Assembly (NCBI GenBank): GCA_964291675.2
Contig: OZ219866.1
Location: forward strand, 1,248,001 to 1,312,000
DNA length: 64,000 nucleotides
Reading direction: 5' to 3'
From: Alphaproteobacteria bacterium
GTDB taxonomy: Bacteria; Pseudomonadota; Alphaproteobacteria; MPNO01
Position numbers and translations under genes: made by a program. The notes under the pieces were generated by a model. That model was not told the origin of the DNA and did not search any database. It saw only the letters and a list, made by a program, of their open reading frames with translations. Below are positions 20,899 to 30,420 of this stretch, piece after piece; within the stretch, counting starts at the first letter, position 1, and every line of letters begins with the position of its first letter.

Positions 20899-23682
20899 AT
20901 GCCAAAAGACCAGGAAGCCGCGGTCGCCTTCACCCTCAACGGCGAGACCGTCGCCGCCCAGCCGGGCGAGACCATCTGGCAGGTCGCCGAGCGCCAGGGC
21001 GTCGAGATCCCGCATCTCTGCTATTCGCCGGAGCCGGGCTACCGCGCCGACGGCAATTGCCGCGCCTGCATGGTCGAGATCGAGGGCGAGCGGGTGCTCG
21101 CCGCCTCCTGCATCCGCACTCCGAGCGAGGGGATGGTGGTGGACACCGCGAGCGAGCGCGCGGCCTCGGCGCGGCGCATGGTGTTCGAGCTGCTGATCGC
21201 CGACCAGCCGGGGCGCGCCGACGCGCATGACGCCGATTCGAAGCTGTGGCGCTGGGCCGACCGGATCGGCATCGCCGACAGCCGCTTCGACGCCAAATCC
21301 ATGCCCGCCGCCGATCCCAGCCACCCGGCGATGGCGGTCAATCTCGATGCCTGCATCAACTGCACGCTCTGCGTCCGCGCCTGCCGCGAGGTCCAGGTCA
21401 ACGACGTGATCGGCATGGCGCATCGCGGGTCGCACGCGAAGATCGTCTTCGACTTCGACGATCCGATGGGCGAGTCCACCTGCGTCGCCTGCGGCGAATG
21501 CGTCCAGGCCTGTCCCACCGGCGCGCTGATGCCGGCGGCGATGATGCAGGCGGACCGGCCGGGCGCCGTCACCCCCGACCGCACGGTCGACAGCCTCTGC
21601 CCCTATTGCGGCGTCGGCTGCCAGCTCACCTACCACATCAAGGACGACAAGCTGGTCAAGGTCGAGGGCCGGGACGGCCCGGCCAATCACGGCAGGCTCT
21701 GCGTCAAGGGACGGTTCGGCTTCGACTACGTGCACCACAAGCAGCGCATCGTCACGCCGATGATCCGCCGCGACGGGGTCGGCAAGGACGACCTCGCGAG
21801 CCTGGACGCGGCCAACCCGCTCGCGCTGTTCCGCGAGGCGAGCTGGGAGGAGGCGCTGGACGTTGCCGCCGCCGGGCTCGCCCGCATCCGCGACGCCGAT
21901 GGCGGCAAGGCGCTCGCCGGGTTCGGCTCGGCCAAGGGCTCCAACGAGGAGGCCTATCTGTTCCAGAAGCTGGTGCGGGCGGGCTTCGGCACCAACAACG
22001 TCGATCACTGCACCAGGCTGTGCCACGCGTCCTCCGTCGCGGCGCTGATGGAGACCATCAACTCCGGCGCGGTGACCGCGCCGTTCTTCGAATGCGCCAA
22101 CTCGGACACGATCGTCGTCATCGGCGCCAACCCGGCGGTGAACCACCCGGTCGCGGCGACCTTCTTCAAGAACGCCGCCAAGGCCGGCAAGACCCTGATC
22201 GTCATGGACCCGCGCGGCCAGGCGCTCAGCCGCCACGCGACCCACATGCTCCAGTTCAAGTCGGGCACCGACGTGGCGCTGCTGAACGCGATGATGAACA
22301 CCATCGTCGCCGAGGGGCTGCACGACCCGGCCTATATCGAGCGCCACACCGAGGGGTTCGAGGCGCTGAAGGCGCATGTCGCGCCGTTCACGCCGGAGGA
22401 GATGGCGCCGATCTGCGGCATCGACGCCGAGACCATCCGCACCGTCGCGCGCAAATACGCCACCGCGCCGGCCTCGATCATCTTCTGGGGCATGGGCATC
22501 TCGCAGCACATCCACGGCACCGACAACGCGCGCTGCCTGATCTCGCTCGCCCTGATGACCGGCCAGGTCGGAAGGCCGGGCACCGGGCTGCACCCGCTGC
22601 GCGGGCAGAACAACGTGCAGGGCGCCTCGGATGTCGGGCTGATCCCGATGTTCTACCCCGACTACCGCTCGGTGGCGGGGGCCGACATCCGCGAGACCTT
22701 CGAGGCGGCCTGGAAGACCTCGCTCGACCCCGAGCGCGGGCTCACCGTGGTCGAGATCATGAACGCGGTCCACGCCGGCGAGATCCGCGGCATGTACATC
22801 ATGGGCGAGAACCCGGCGATGTCGGACCCCGATGTGGGCCATGCCCGCGAGGCGCTCGCCATGCTCGACCATCTCGTCGTGCAGGAGCTGTTCCTCACCG
22901 AGACCGCCTATTTCGCCGACGTGCTGCTGCCGGCCTCGGCGTTCCCCGAGAAGGACGGCTCCTACACCAACACCAACCGCCAGGTGCAGATCGGCCGCGC
23001 CGCGCTGCCCCTGCCGGGCGAGGCGCGCCAGGATCTGTGGATCGTCCAGGAGATCGCGCGCCGCCTCGGCCTCGACTGGTCCTATGACGGTCCGGCCGAC
23101 GTGTTCGCCGAGATGCAGCAACTCATGCCCTCGCTCAACGGCATATCCTGGGAGCGGCTGGAGCGCGAGGACTCGGTGACCTACCCCACCGCGTCGTTCG
23201 ACGTGCCGGGCGACGACGTGATCTTCGGCGACGGCTTCCCCACCGCGAGCGGGCGCGGCAAGTTCGTGCCCGCCTCGATCGCCCCGCCGGACGAGGTGCC
23301 GGATGCCGACTTCCCGATGATCCTGACCACCGGCCGCGTGCTGGAGCACTGGCACACCGGCGCGATGACCCGCCGCGCCGGCGTGCTCGACGCCATCGAG
23401 CCCGAGGCGATCGCCCATCTCGCGCCGGCCGATCTCGACCGCATGGGGCTCGCCCCCGGGGCGAAGATCCGGGTCGAGACCAGGCGCGGGGCGATCGAGC
23501 TGATCGGCCGGGTCGACCGGGACGTGCCCGCGGGCGTGGTGTTCATCCCGTTCTGCTTCGCCGAGGCGGCGGCCAATCTGCTGACCAACGACGCCCTCGA
23601 CCCGTTCGGCAAGATCCCCGAGTTCAAGTTCTGCGCCGCGAAGGTGGAGGCGGCGCCGTCGAACGAGCCCGCCGCGGCCTGA
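20899..23682 (+). CDS. fdhF: Formate dehydrogenase alpha subunit (Mo/W-bisPGD, Cys ligand)
   Basis: N-terminal 2Fe-2S and 4Fe-4S motifs, CPYCGVGC, DHCTRLCHASS, LRGQNNVQG. Confidence 0.92.
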   Translation: MPKDQEAAVAFTLNGETVAAQPGETIWQVAERQGVEIPHLCYSPEPGYRADGNCRACMVEIEGERVLAASCIRTPSEGMVVDTASERAASARRMVFELLIADQPGRADAHDADSKLWRWADRIGIADSRFDAKSMPAADPSHPAMAVNLDACINCTLCVRACREVQVNDVIGMAHRGSHAKIVFDFDDPMGESTCVACGECVQACPTGALMPAAMMQADRPGAVTPDRTVDSLCPYCGVGCQLTYHIKDDKLVKVEGRDGPANHGRLCVKGRFGFDYVHHKQRIVTPMIRRDGVGKDDLASLDAANPLALFREASWEEALDVAAAGLARIRDADGGKALAGFGSAKGSNEEAYLFQKLVRAGFGTNNVDHCTRLCHASSVAALMETINSGAVTAPFFECANSDTIVVIGANPAVNHPVAATFFKNAAKAGKTLIVMDPRGQALSRHATHMLQFKSGTDVALLNAMMNTIVAEGLHDPAYIERHTEGFEALKAHVAPFTPEEMAPICGIDAETIRTVARKYATAPASIIFWGMGISQHIHGTDNARCLISLALMTGQVGRPGTGLHPLRGQNNVQGASDVGLIPMFYPDYRSVAGADIRETFEAAWKTSLDPERGLTVVEIMNAVHAGEIRGMYIMGENPAMSDPDVGHAREALAMLDHLVVQELFLTETAYFADVLLPASAFPEKDGSYTNTNRQVQIGRAALPLPGEARQDLWIVQEIARRLGLDWSYDGPADVFAEMQQLMPSLNGISWERLEREDSVTYPTASFDVPGDDVIFGDGFPTASGRGKFVPASIAPPDEVPDADFPMILTTGRVLEHWHTGAMTRRAGVLDAIEPEAIAHLAPADLDRMGLAPGAKIRVETRRGAIELIGRVDRDVPAGVVFIPFCFAEAAANLLTNDALDPFGKIPEFKFCAAKVEAAPSNEPAAA

Positions 23683-24716
23683 TGGCGAACGCCATGTATC
23701 TGCGCGATTGCTGGTACGTCGCCGCCTGGGACCGCGAGGTGGGGCGCGAGCCCATGTCCCGGACCCTGCTCGGCGAGGCGGTGATGCTCTACCGCCGCGC
23801 GGACGGCACCCCGGTCGCGCTGGAGGACCGCTGCTGCCACCGCAACCTGCCGCTCTCGATGGGCCGCGTGCGGGGCGACGACATCCAGTGCGGCTATCAC
23901 GGTCTCACCTTCGATCCGAGCGGCGCCTGCATCTCGATTCCCGGCCAGTCGACGATCCCGCCGGGCGCCCGGGTGCGGCGCTATCCGGTCGTCGAACGGC
24001 ACCGCTGGATCTGGATCTGGATGGGCGACCCGGCCCGCGCCGACGACGCCCTGATCCCGGATCTGTCCTGGAACGACGGTGCGGCGTGGCGGACCACGGG
24101 CGACTACCACCCGGTCGCGGCCGAGTACCGGCTGCTGACCGACATCCAGCTCGACGCGACGCATGTCACCTTCGTCCATCCCGACACGCTGGGCAGCGAC
24201 GCCGTCCAGGACACCCCGCCCAGGGTCGAGCGCAAGGACGGGCGGATCGCGATCTCGCGCTGGCTGCTGGGCGTCGAGGCGCCGCCGATCTGGAAGGTCG
24301 CGGGCGGCTTCGCCGGGCCGGTCGACCGCTGGATCCTCGCCACCTTCGTGCCGCCGACGGGGTGCATCTTCGACATCGGCGCGGCCGAGGCCGGGACCGG
24401 CGCGCCGGAGGGCGACCGGAGCCGGGGCATCACCAACCGGACCTCGCATTTCTCGACCCCGGAGGGCGAGTCGTCCTGCCACTATTTCTGGCTGTTCGCG
24501 CGCAACTACCGGCTCGACGACGAGGACCTCGATTCCCGCCTGCATCCCGGCGTCCACCAGACCTTCCGGGAGGATGTCGACGCGGTGGAGGCGCAGCAGC
24601 GCGGCATCGACGCCCGCCCCGGCGCGCCGCAGATCGACGTCAACGCCGACCGCCCCACCATCCAGGTCCGCCGCCTGCTCGCCAGCCTGATCGCGGCGGA
24701 CGCGGCCGCCGCATAG
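23682..24716 (+). CDS. Rieske oxygenase, VanA/demethylase-like
   Basis: WYVAAW, CCHR..L....CGYHG Rieske motif, D.THV..VH, F.ED...EAQQ. Confidence 0.85.
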   Translation: MANAMYLRDCWYVAAWDREVGREPMSRTLLGEAVMLYRRADGTPVALEDRCCHRNLPLSMGRVRGDDIQCGYHGLTFDPSGACISIPGQSTIPPGARVRRYPVVERHRWIWIWMGDPARADDALIPDLSWNDGAAWRTTGDYHPVAAEYRLLTDIQLDATHVTFVHPDTLGSDAVQDTPPRVERKDGRIAISRWLLGVEAPPIWKVAGGFAGPVDRWILATFVPPTGCIFDIGAAEAGTGAPEGDRSRGITNRTSHFSTPEGESSCHYFWLFARNYRLDDEDLDSRLHPGVHQTFREDVDAVEAQQRGIDARPGAPQIDVNADRPTIQVRRLLASLIAADAAAA

Positions 24717-24766
24717 CTGTCCCCGGCGGCCGCGGAAAGGCGACGCCCCCGGCCCGTATTTCGATA

Positions 24767-24970
24767 CGCGGCTCCGCCGCTACTCAGGACGAGGTTGGGG
24801 CGCGGCTCCGCCGCTACCCGGGTCGAAGGTAAAGCGTGGCTACGCCGCTACCCCGTACAAATGTGAAGCGTGGCTACGCTGCTACCCGGGACAAGGGTGA
24901 AGCGTGGCTCCGCCGCCGGCCGGGGCGAGGGCGGGGCGCGGCTCCGCCGCTACCGGGGATGAGGCGTGGG
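24767..24970 (+). repeat. Tandem array of six 34-bp units (17-bp hairpin core + 17-bp semi-variable part)
   Basis: Core CG(C/T)GGCT(C/A)CGC(C/T)GCTAC at 24767, 24801, 24835, 24869, 24903 (3' end degenerate), 24937. Confidence 0.9.
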
Positions 24971-24981
24971 CGAGGGACGCC

Positions 24982-25563
24982 TCACAGCACGATCGACGGG
25001 TTCCTGAGGTTCTGGTCGTAGTCGATCAGGTTGACCTGCTTGACCAGGATGCGCCAATGCGTGGTCGCATCGCGCAGCCGGTGGCCCGCCCAGCCGGCCC
25101 AGATCCGGGTCTCGCCGGCGCGGAACTCGACGGTGAGGAAGTTGGAGCGCGTCATCACGATGCCGGGGTCGGCGGTCGAGAACAGCTCGATGTTGGAGAC
25201 CATGCGCGTGGTCCGCGAGCCCGGGCGCTGCGACCAGGCCTCGCCGGTCTTGAGGCGGAAGATGCGGTCCTCCAGCCGGCGGCGGTCGTCGAAGGCGATG
25301 GCGATCTCGCGCCTGGGATCGCCGTCGCGCGTGCCCGGCACCCAGTAGATGCATTCGGGGGCGAACAAAGCGAGCCAGTCGTCGAAGCGGTCCCGGTCGA
25401 GGAGCCGCGCCTCCTCGGCCAGGAAGCGGGCGCAGGACTCGCGCAGCGCCGCGTCCGAGATCGCGCGCTCCGGGGTCTGCCAGTCGGCGAATTCCTCGAC
25501 CAGCGCGGCGTAATAGTCGTCGCTGACGTAGTACGAGCTGGTCGACGGGTCGGGCGCGTCCAC
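24982..25563 (-). CDS. Ring-hydroxylating dioxygenase beta subunit
   Basis: FL..EARLLD..RFDDWL.LF....YWVP, R..RL.DRI.RL, K.V.LID. Confidence 0.88.
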   Translation of the reverse strand: MDAPDPSTSSYYVSDDYYAALVEEFADWQTPERAISDAALRESCARFLAEEARLLDRDRFDDWLALFAPECIYWVPGTRDGDPRREIAIAFDDRRRLEDRIFRLKTGEAWSQRPGSRTTRMVSNIELFSTADPGIVMTRSNFLTVEFRAGETRIWAGWAGHRLRDATTHWRILVKQVNLIDYDQNLRNPSIVL

Positions 25564-25572
25564 CTGGGCCCC

Positions 25573-26928
25573 TCAGACCGCCCGGGCGATCGCGATGCGG
25601 GGTTCCGCCGTCATCAGGCGCTTCCACACCTTCATGTGCTCGCGCATGAACACCTCGTCGGTCGGCGGCCCGGTGATGACGCCGTCCTCGTCCACCTGCA
25701 AGCGGCCCGGGATTCCGAGCCCGCGATGCATGTAGACCCATTCGTCCTCCTCGGCCAGGAAGCCCAGCTGGATCTGCTCGAAATTGGCGAGGTCGTCGAC
25801 CTCGCCGAAATTGGGGAAGGACTCCTGGGTGCGCATGCGCAGCGCGTTGATCGCATCGACCGTCCCTTCCAGCTCGCCGTCGTCGTCGACCACGGCGGTG
25901 CCGTACCAGGTCGTGTCGGTCTCGTCGACGGCGACCGGCGTCGAGACCTGCACGTGGTTGCCAAGGATGTGGAGGTTGGGGAAGACGTTGATGTTCACCG
26001 GCTCCGACGAGGCGAGGTCGAGCGCCCGGTCGGCCCGGTCGCCGAGGCGCTGGCGCAGCGAGGCCTCGAAATGCTCCATGCCCGGGTGCGGGCCCTCGAT
26101 CTCCCACAGCGCGCCCGGCCGGTCCTCGACATTGGGGCGCTTGTCCTTGAAGTGGTGGCCGTTGCCGAAGCAGCGGACATACATCGGCGCCGAGTCGGGG
26201 CTCGTGCGGTAGAACGCCATCCCCTTGTCGGCGTCCGCATCGAAGCGGTTCTCCATGGCGAGCAGCGAGCGATGCGAGAACACGACGTGGTAGCCGTCGG
26301 CCGAGTTGTCGTAGAGCAGCTTCCAGTTGCCCTTGAACTTGAGCCGGTTGGCCTCGCACAGCGCGACCTTGCCGCCGGGGTGGCGGTCGAGCCATTCGTC
26401 GAGCGGGCCGGCGACGCCGCCGAGATAGTCGATCAGCGAAGGCGCATCGAGGTTGAGCGTGCCGAAGACGAAGCCGCGATAGCTCTCGACCCGGGGCACC
26501 TGGGCGAGGTTGAACTTCTCGTCCGCGAAATTGTCCGCGTAGCCGTCCGGCCAGGGCACGCCGTTGAGCTTGCCCGAGTTCAGGAAGGTCCAGCCGTGAT
26601 AGCCGCACTGGAAGGACTTCGCCGAGCCGCGCGCCTCGCGGCAGACGGTCGAGCCGCGATGGGTGCAGCGATTGTAGAGCGCGCGCAGCACGCCCCGGGA
26701 ATCGCGCACCAGGATGATCGGCCGGCGCCCGAGCCTGGCGGTCACGAAATCGTCGGGTTGCGGGATCTGGCTCTCGTGGCCGAGATAGACCCAGACCGCG
26801 CCGAAGATCCTGGTCATCTCCTGGTCGAAGATCCGGGGATCGGTGTAGAGCACGCGGTGCACCCGATCCTCGAACACCAGCCGGTCGTAATCGTAGGCCG
26901 CGCCGTCGATCGATGGCCGCTCGGTCAT
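25573..26928 (-). CDS. Ring-hydroxylating dioxygenase alpha subunit, aniline-dioxygenase (TdnA1/AtdA3)-like
   Basis: CTHRG...CGYHGW, NWKL..DN..DGYHV.FSH, NALRMRTQE.FP..GEVDD.ANFE. Confidence 0.85.
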   Translation of the reverse strand: MTERPSIDGAAYDYDRLVFEDRVHRVLYTDPRIFDQEMTRIFGAVWVYLGHESQIPQPDDFVTARLGRRPIILVRDSRGVLRALYNRCTHRGSTVCREARGSAKSFQCGYHGWTFLNSGKLNGVPWPDGYADNFADEKFNLAQVPRVESYRGFVFGTLNLDAPSLIDYLGGVAGPLDEWLDRHPGGKVALCEANRLKFKGNWKLLYDNSADGYHVVFSHRSLLAMENRFDADADKGMAFYRTSPDSAPMYVRCFGNGHHFKDKRPNVEDRPGALWEIEGPHPGMEHFEASLRQRLGDRADRALDLASSEPVNINVFPNLHILGNHVQVSTPVAVDETDTTWYGTAVVDDDGELEGTVDAINALRMRTQESFPNFGEVDDLANFEQIQLGFLAEEDEWVYMHRGLGIPGRLQVDEDGVITGPPTDEVFMREHMKVWKRLMTAEPRIAIARAV

Positions 26929-26952
26929 CGCCTCTCTCCCGCCTGCGGGCGT

Positions 26953-28455
26953 TCAGAAGAAGTCAAAATACTCGTTCTGTTCCCACTCGGTCACCTGGTT
27001 GGTCTCGCGGTGGCCGCCCCGGTCGATACCGTATTGCCGGAACCGGCCGAGCTCGGCGCGCTTCAGCGCGAGGAAGTAGTCGACGAACGGATCGCCGAAC
27101 TCGCGGCGGAACAGGGCGGAGGCGTCGAGCGCCCCGAGCGCGGCGTCGAGATCGGCGGGCAGCCTCTCGCGCTCGGCCTCGTAGGGGGCGAGGTCCTCGG
27201 CGGGCGCGGCGAGGTTGCGGTCGATGCCGTCGAGCGCGGCGGCGATCTGCGAGGCGGCATAGAGATAGGGGTTGGCGGCGGGCTCGCCGGCGCGGTTCTC
27301 CAGCCGCGTGGCGGCATCGCCGGCGCCGCCGATCACCCGGATCATCGCGCCCCTCTGGTCGACCCCCCAGCCCGCCCGGTCGGGCGCGAGCGAGTTGGGG
27401 CGGAAGCGGCGATAGCCGTTGATCGTCGGCGTGACGAAGGCCGAGGCGGCGCCGGCGTGCCCGATCAGCCCGGCGAGGGCCGAAAGCCCCAGCGGCGACA
27501 GCGCGTGGTCGCCGTCCGCCGGCATGAACAGGTTCTCGCCCGTCGCTTCATCCACGAACGACTGGTGGAGGTGCCAGCCGCTCGCGAAATGGCCCTCGAA
27601 GGCGGGCCGGCAGATGAAGCTCGCCGCGTAGCCGAGGCGGCGGCAGACCTGCCGCGCCGCCGTGCGGAACAGCGCGGCATCGTCCGCCGCGCGCCCCGCA
27701 TCGTCGGCCGCGAAGGTGCATTCGACCTGTCCCGGGCCGAACTCGTTCTCCAGCGAGCGCAGCTTTAGCCCGAGCCCGGCAAACGCATCGGCCAGCGCAT
27801 CGAAGACCGGCTGCATGATGTCGAGATTGGTTTCGGAGTGGTAGGAGAAGCCGGGCTCGACGGCGCTGGTCGCCAGCGGGCGGCCGCGCCGCCCCTGATG
27901 CGCGACCTCCGCATCGCCCAGCCGGTCCCCGTCGATGCGCCGCAGATACCACTCGATCTCGATGCCGACCAGCATGCGCCAGCCGCGCCCGGCGAGCCGC
28001 GCGCGCTGGCCGGCCAGGACCCCGCGGGTCGAGAAGGTAAAGGGCTTGCCGTTGCGGAAATACGGATCGCCCAGCATCCAGCCCACCCCCGGCGCCCAGG
28101 GGAGCGTGCGGAAGGTCCCCGGATCCGGGACCAGGACCAGGTTGGGCGAGCCGGTCATCTCGTCGATGCCCATGCCGCCGCCCGGGGTGAAGGAGGCGAA
28201 GACCCGCCCGCCCGACGCATCGAGGGTCGAGGTGGCGACGTTGATGTTGTAGCCGTCGAGAAGCGCGGAGCGGAGCGCCGGCGGGGTGACCGCCTTGGCC
28301 CTGACGGCGCCGTGGCTGTCGACCCAGGCGAGCCGGATCAGCCGCAGCCCGTCGGCCTCGACGCGGCGCAGGATCTCGGCCGCGGCCTCTTCCTGCCCGT
28401 CGCCCCACAGACCGTGGCGGGCGATGAACCCCTCAGATGAAGCTCGACCCGCCAT
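26953..28455 (-). CDS. Glutamine-synthetase-like gamma-glutamyl-amine ligase (TdnQ/AtdA1-like)
   Basis: FI..HG.W, GSPN.V.VPDP.TFR.LPW, EIEWYL, ASGWHLHQS, TPTINGYRR, RLENR.GEPAANPYL, EYF.. C-terminus. Confidence 0.85.
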   Translation of the reverse strand: MAGRASSEGFIARHGLWGDGQEEAAAEILRRVEADGLRLIRLAWVDSHGAVRAKAVTPPALRSALLDGYNINVATSTLDASGGRVFASFTPGGGMGIDEMTGSPNLVLVPDPGTFRTLPWAPGVGWMLGDPYFRNGKPFTFSTRGVLAGQRARLAGRGWRMLVGIEIEWYLRRIDGDRLGDAEVAHQGRRGRPLATSAVEPGFSYHSETNLDIMQPVFDALADAFAGLGLKLRSLENEFGPGQVECTFAADDAGRAADDAALFRTAARQVCRRLGYAASFICRPAFEGHFASGWHLHQSFVDEATGENLFMPADGDHALSPLGLSALAGLIGHAGAASAFVTPTINGYRRFRPNSLAPDRAGWGVDQRGAMIRVIGGAGDAATRLENRAGEPAANPYLYAASQIAAALDGIDRNLAAPAEDLAPYEAERERLPADLDAALGALDASALFRREFGDPFVDYFLALKRAELGRFRQYGIDRGGHRETNQVTEWEQNEYFDFF

Positions 28456-29254
28456 CGACGACGAGGTTCTGACCGGTGATGTAGCCCGCCTCGTCGGAGC
28501 AGATGAACAGCATCGCCTTGGCGAGGTCGTGGATCGTCCCCTGGCGGGGCAGCGCCTGCGCCCGGGTCATGGTCTTGAACATGTGCCGGGGCACCGACGG
28601 GCGCTCGATCTCGGTCTGCATCACCCCGGGCCAGAAGGTGTTGACGGTGATCCCGTGCGGCCCGAGCTCGCGCGCCATCGAGCGCGACATGCCGACCATC
28701 GCCGACTTGGAGGTGATGTAGTGGAGGTAGTTGGGCCGCCCCTTCACATGGGTGCCCGACGAGACGTTGACGATCCGCCCCCAGCCCGCCTCCATCATCG
28801 CCGGCGCCACGGCACCGGCGCACAGCATCGAGCCGGTGATGTTGACCCGCATCGCCGCCTTCCACTCCTCGACCGGGAGCTCCCAGAACGGCGCCATGGT
28901 GATCTTCGAGAACACGGCGGCGTTGTTGATCAGGATGTCGATCCGCCCGAAGGCCTCCAGCGTCCGCGCCGCCATCGCCGCCACCGAGTCCTCGTCGCCG
29001 ACATCGGTGGCGAGCGCGAGCGCCCGGCCGTGGTCCCGCTCGATTTCGGCGGCGACGCGGCTTGCGTTCTCGCCGTCGATCTCGGCGATGACGGGGACCG
29101 CACCCTGGGCGGCGAAGTAATGCGCGTAGCCGCGCCCGATCCCCTGCCCGCCGCCGGTGACGACGACGACCCGGCCGGCGAGGCTCGCATAGCTCGCCGT
29201 CCTGTCGACGTCGATGCGGGCATAATCGATATGGCCGATCCCGGCGTCCGTCAT
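28433..29254 (-). CDS. SDR family oxidoreductase
   Basis: TGGGQGIG, NNAA, YxxSK, TGQ.L.VDGG. Confidence 0.9.
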   Translation of the reverse strand: MTDAGIGHIDYARIDVDRTASYASLAGRVVVVTGGGQGIGRGYAHYFAAQGAVPVIAEIDGENASRVAAEIERDHGRALALATDVGDEDSVAAMAARTLEAFGRIDILINNAAVFSKITMAPFWELPVEEWKAAMRVNITGSMLCAGAVAPAMMEAGWGRIVNVSSGTHVKGRPNYLHYITSKSAMVGMSRSMARELGPHGITVNTFWPGVMQTEIERPSVPRHMFKTMTRAQALPRQGTIHDLAKAMLFICSDEAGYITGQNLVVDGGSSFI

Positions 29255-29883
29255 GCGTCGTTTTCCGCGCGCCGCCGGGCGCCGATCTCGGTCAGGAATT
29301 TGTCCAGCGTCTCGTAGGGCTGCGCGCCGACCACGCCGTACCCGCCGGCGACGAAGGTGGGAACGCCGCTCACCCCGATCTTGCGCGAGCGCGCCCAGTC
29401 GGCATCGACCGCGTCCCTGAAGCGCCGCTCGTCCAGCACCGCGCGCGCCTCGTCCGCCGGCAGCCCCGCCTCCCCGACGATGCCGAGCAGCGCGTCGGGG
29501 TCGCCGATATTCCTGCCGTCCACGAAATAGGCCCGGTACAGCGCATCGTGCAGCGCCGCGCCGCCGTCGACCGTGTCGGCCCAGGCGCCGAGCTCCTGCG
29601 CGAGCCGGCTGTTATAGGTGTGGGTGCGCCGGGCGTAGTCGAGCCCTTCCCCGTCCATCAGGCCCTTCATGCGCGCATAGGACGCCTCGAGGTCGTAGTC
29701 CCGCCCGGCGAACAGCGCCTCCAGCGTCAGCCCCTCCGCCGGGGTCTCGGGGTGCAGCGGGAAGTGCACCCATTTGATCTCGATGTCGAACTTCCGCCTG
29801 AGCTTCTCGATACGCACGGTACTGAGATAGCACCAGGGTCAGACGTAGTCGGTGAACACCTCAAGCACGATCGGCTCGCTCAT
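29251..29883 (-). CDS. DsbA/FrnE-family thiol-disulfide oxidoreductase, predicted selenoprotein (Sec15, UPWC)
   Basis: GGAGG-ATG MSEPIVLEVFTDYV-TGA-PWCYLSTVRIEKL continues in frame into the 188-aa ORF (FPLHPETP, GVSGVPTF). Confidence 0.85.
29797..29837 (-). promoter_or_regulatory. Candidate bacterial SECIS hairpin
   Basis: CCUGGUGCUAUCUCAGUAC-CGUGC-GUAUCGAGAAGCUCAGG forms an extended imperfect stem right after UGA. Confidence 0.65.
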
Positions 29884-29969
29884 CGGAGGCCTCCTTCGGG
29901 TTGGGCGGGCATTGTAGCTGGGGGCGTTGACGGAAGCGATCAGGTATCCGCACGAGCCGGGCCGGCCCC

Positions 29970-30013
29970 TTGACCGATTCGACAAGGTGCTGTATCTTAA
30001 CCGAAGTGGTTGA
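29970..30013 (+). promoter_or_regulatory. Sigma70 promoter and overlapping operator of the XRE gene
   Basis: TTGACC-N17-TATCTT; TTAACC-N5-GGTTGA imperfect palindrome at 29997-30013. Confidence 0.55.
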
Positions 30014-30063
30014 TTCTATTTTCTTTGGGATATAGTGAATGAACAGAAGGAGGAGAAACAGGC

Positions 30064-30420
30064 ATGACCACGGCTATCGGCAAGGAGCTTCGCAAGCTGC
30101 GCATCGATCGCGAGGAGCGTCTTTTGGACATGGCGGCACAACTGAACAAATCGGCCGCGTTCGTCTCCGCCGTGGAGACCGGGAAGAAATCGCCTCCGGT
30201 CGAGTTCGAAGAACTCGTAATTGACCGTTACGGTTTGAAGCAGGAAGCCGCGAATGCCATGCGCCAAGCAGCGGATCAGTCCCGCGACAGTTTTGTTCTC
30301 CGGCCCTACACGGCCTCGGCACGCGATACCGCGGGCCTGCTTGCGAGAAAGATGAACAAGCTTTCAGAGGCAGAACTTGAGCAAATCCGAACAATACTGA
30401 CCGATGGTGGAAAAACATGA
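30064..30420 (+). CDS. XRE-family HTH regulator (ImmR-like)
   Basis: GKELRKLRI...L.DMA..L..S.AF.SAVE.GKK..P; strong RBS; lower GC. Confidence 0.85.
   Translation: MTTAIGKELRKLRIDREERLLDMAAQLNKSAAFVSAVETGKKSPPVEFEELVIDRYGLKQEAANAMRQAADQSRDSFVLRPYTASARDTAGLLARKMNKLSEAELEQIRTILTDGGKT

Noticed and set aside
20899-23682. Selenocysteine in formate dehydrogenase
   Set aside because: Active-site motif is DHCTRLCH with a TGC codon; no in-frame TGA
24767-24970. Possible mini-CRISPR array
   Set aside because: 17-bp cores and 17-bp linkers are too short, linkers resemble each other, and there are no cas genes
29251-29817. 188-aa DsbA lacking CxxC, or a nonsense pseudogene
   Set aside because: Upstream RBS/ATG, TGA exactly at the catalytic Cys and the hairpin favour Sec readthrough
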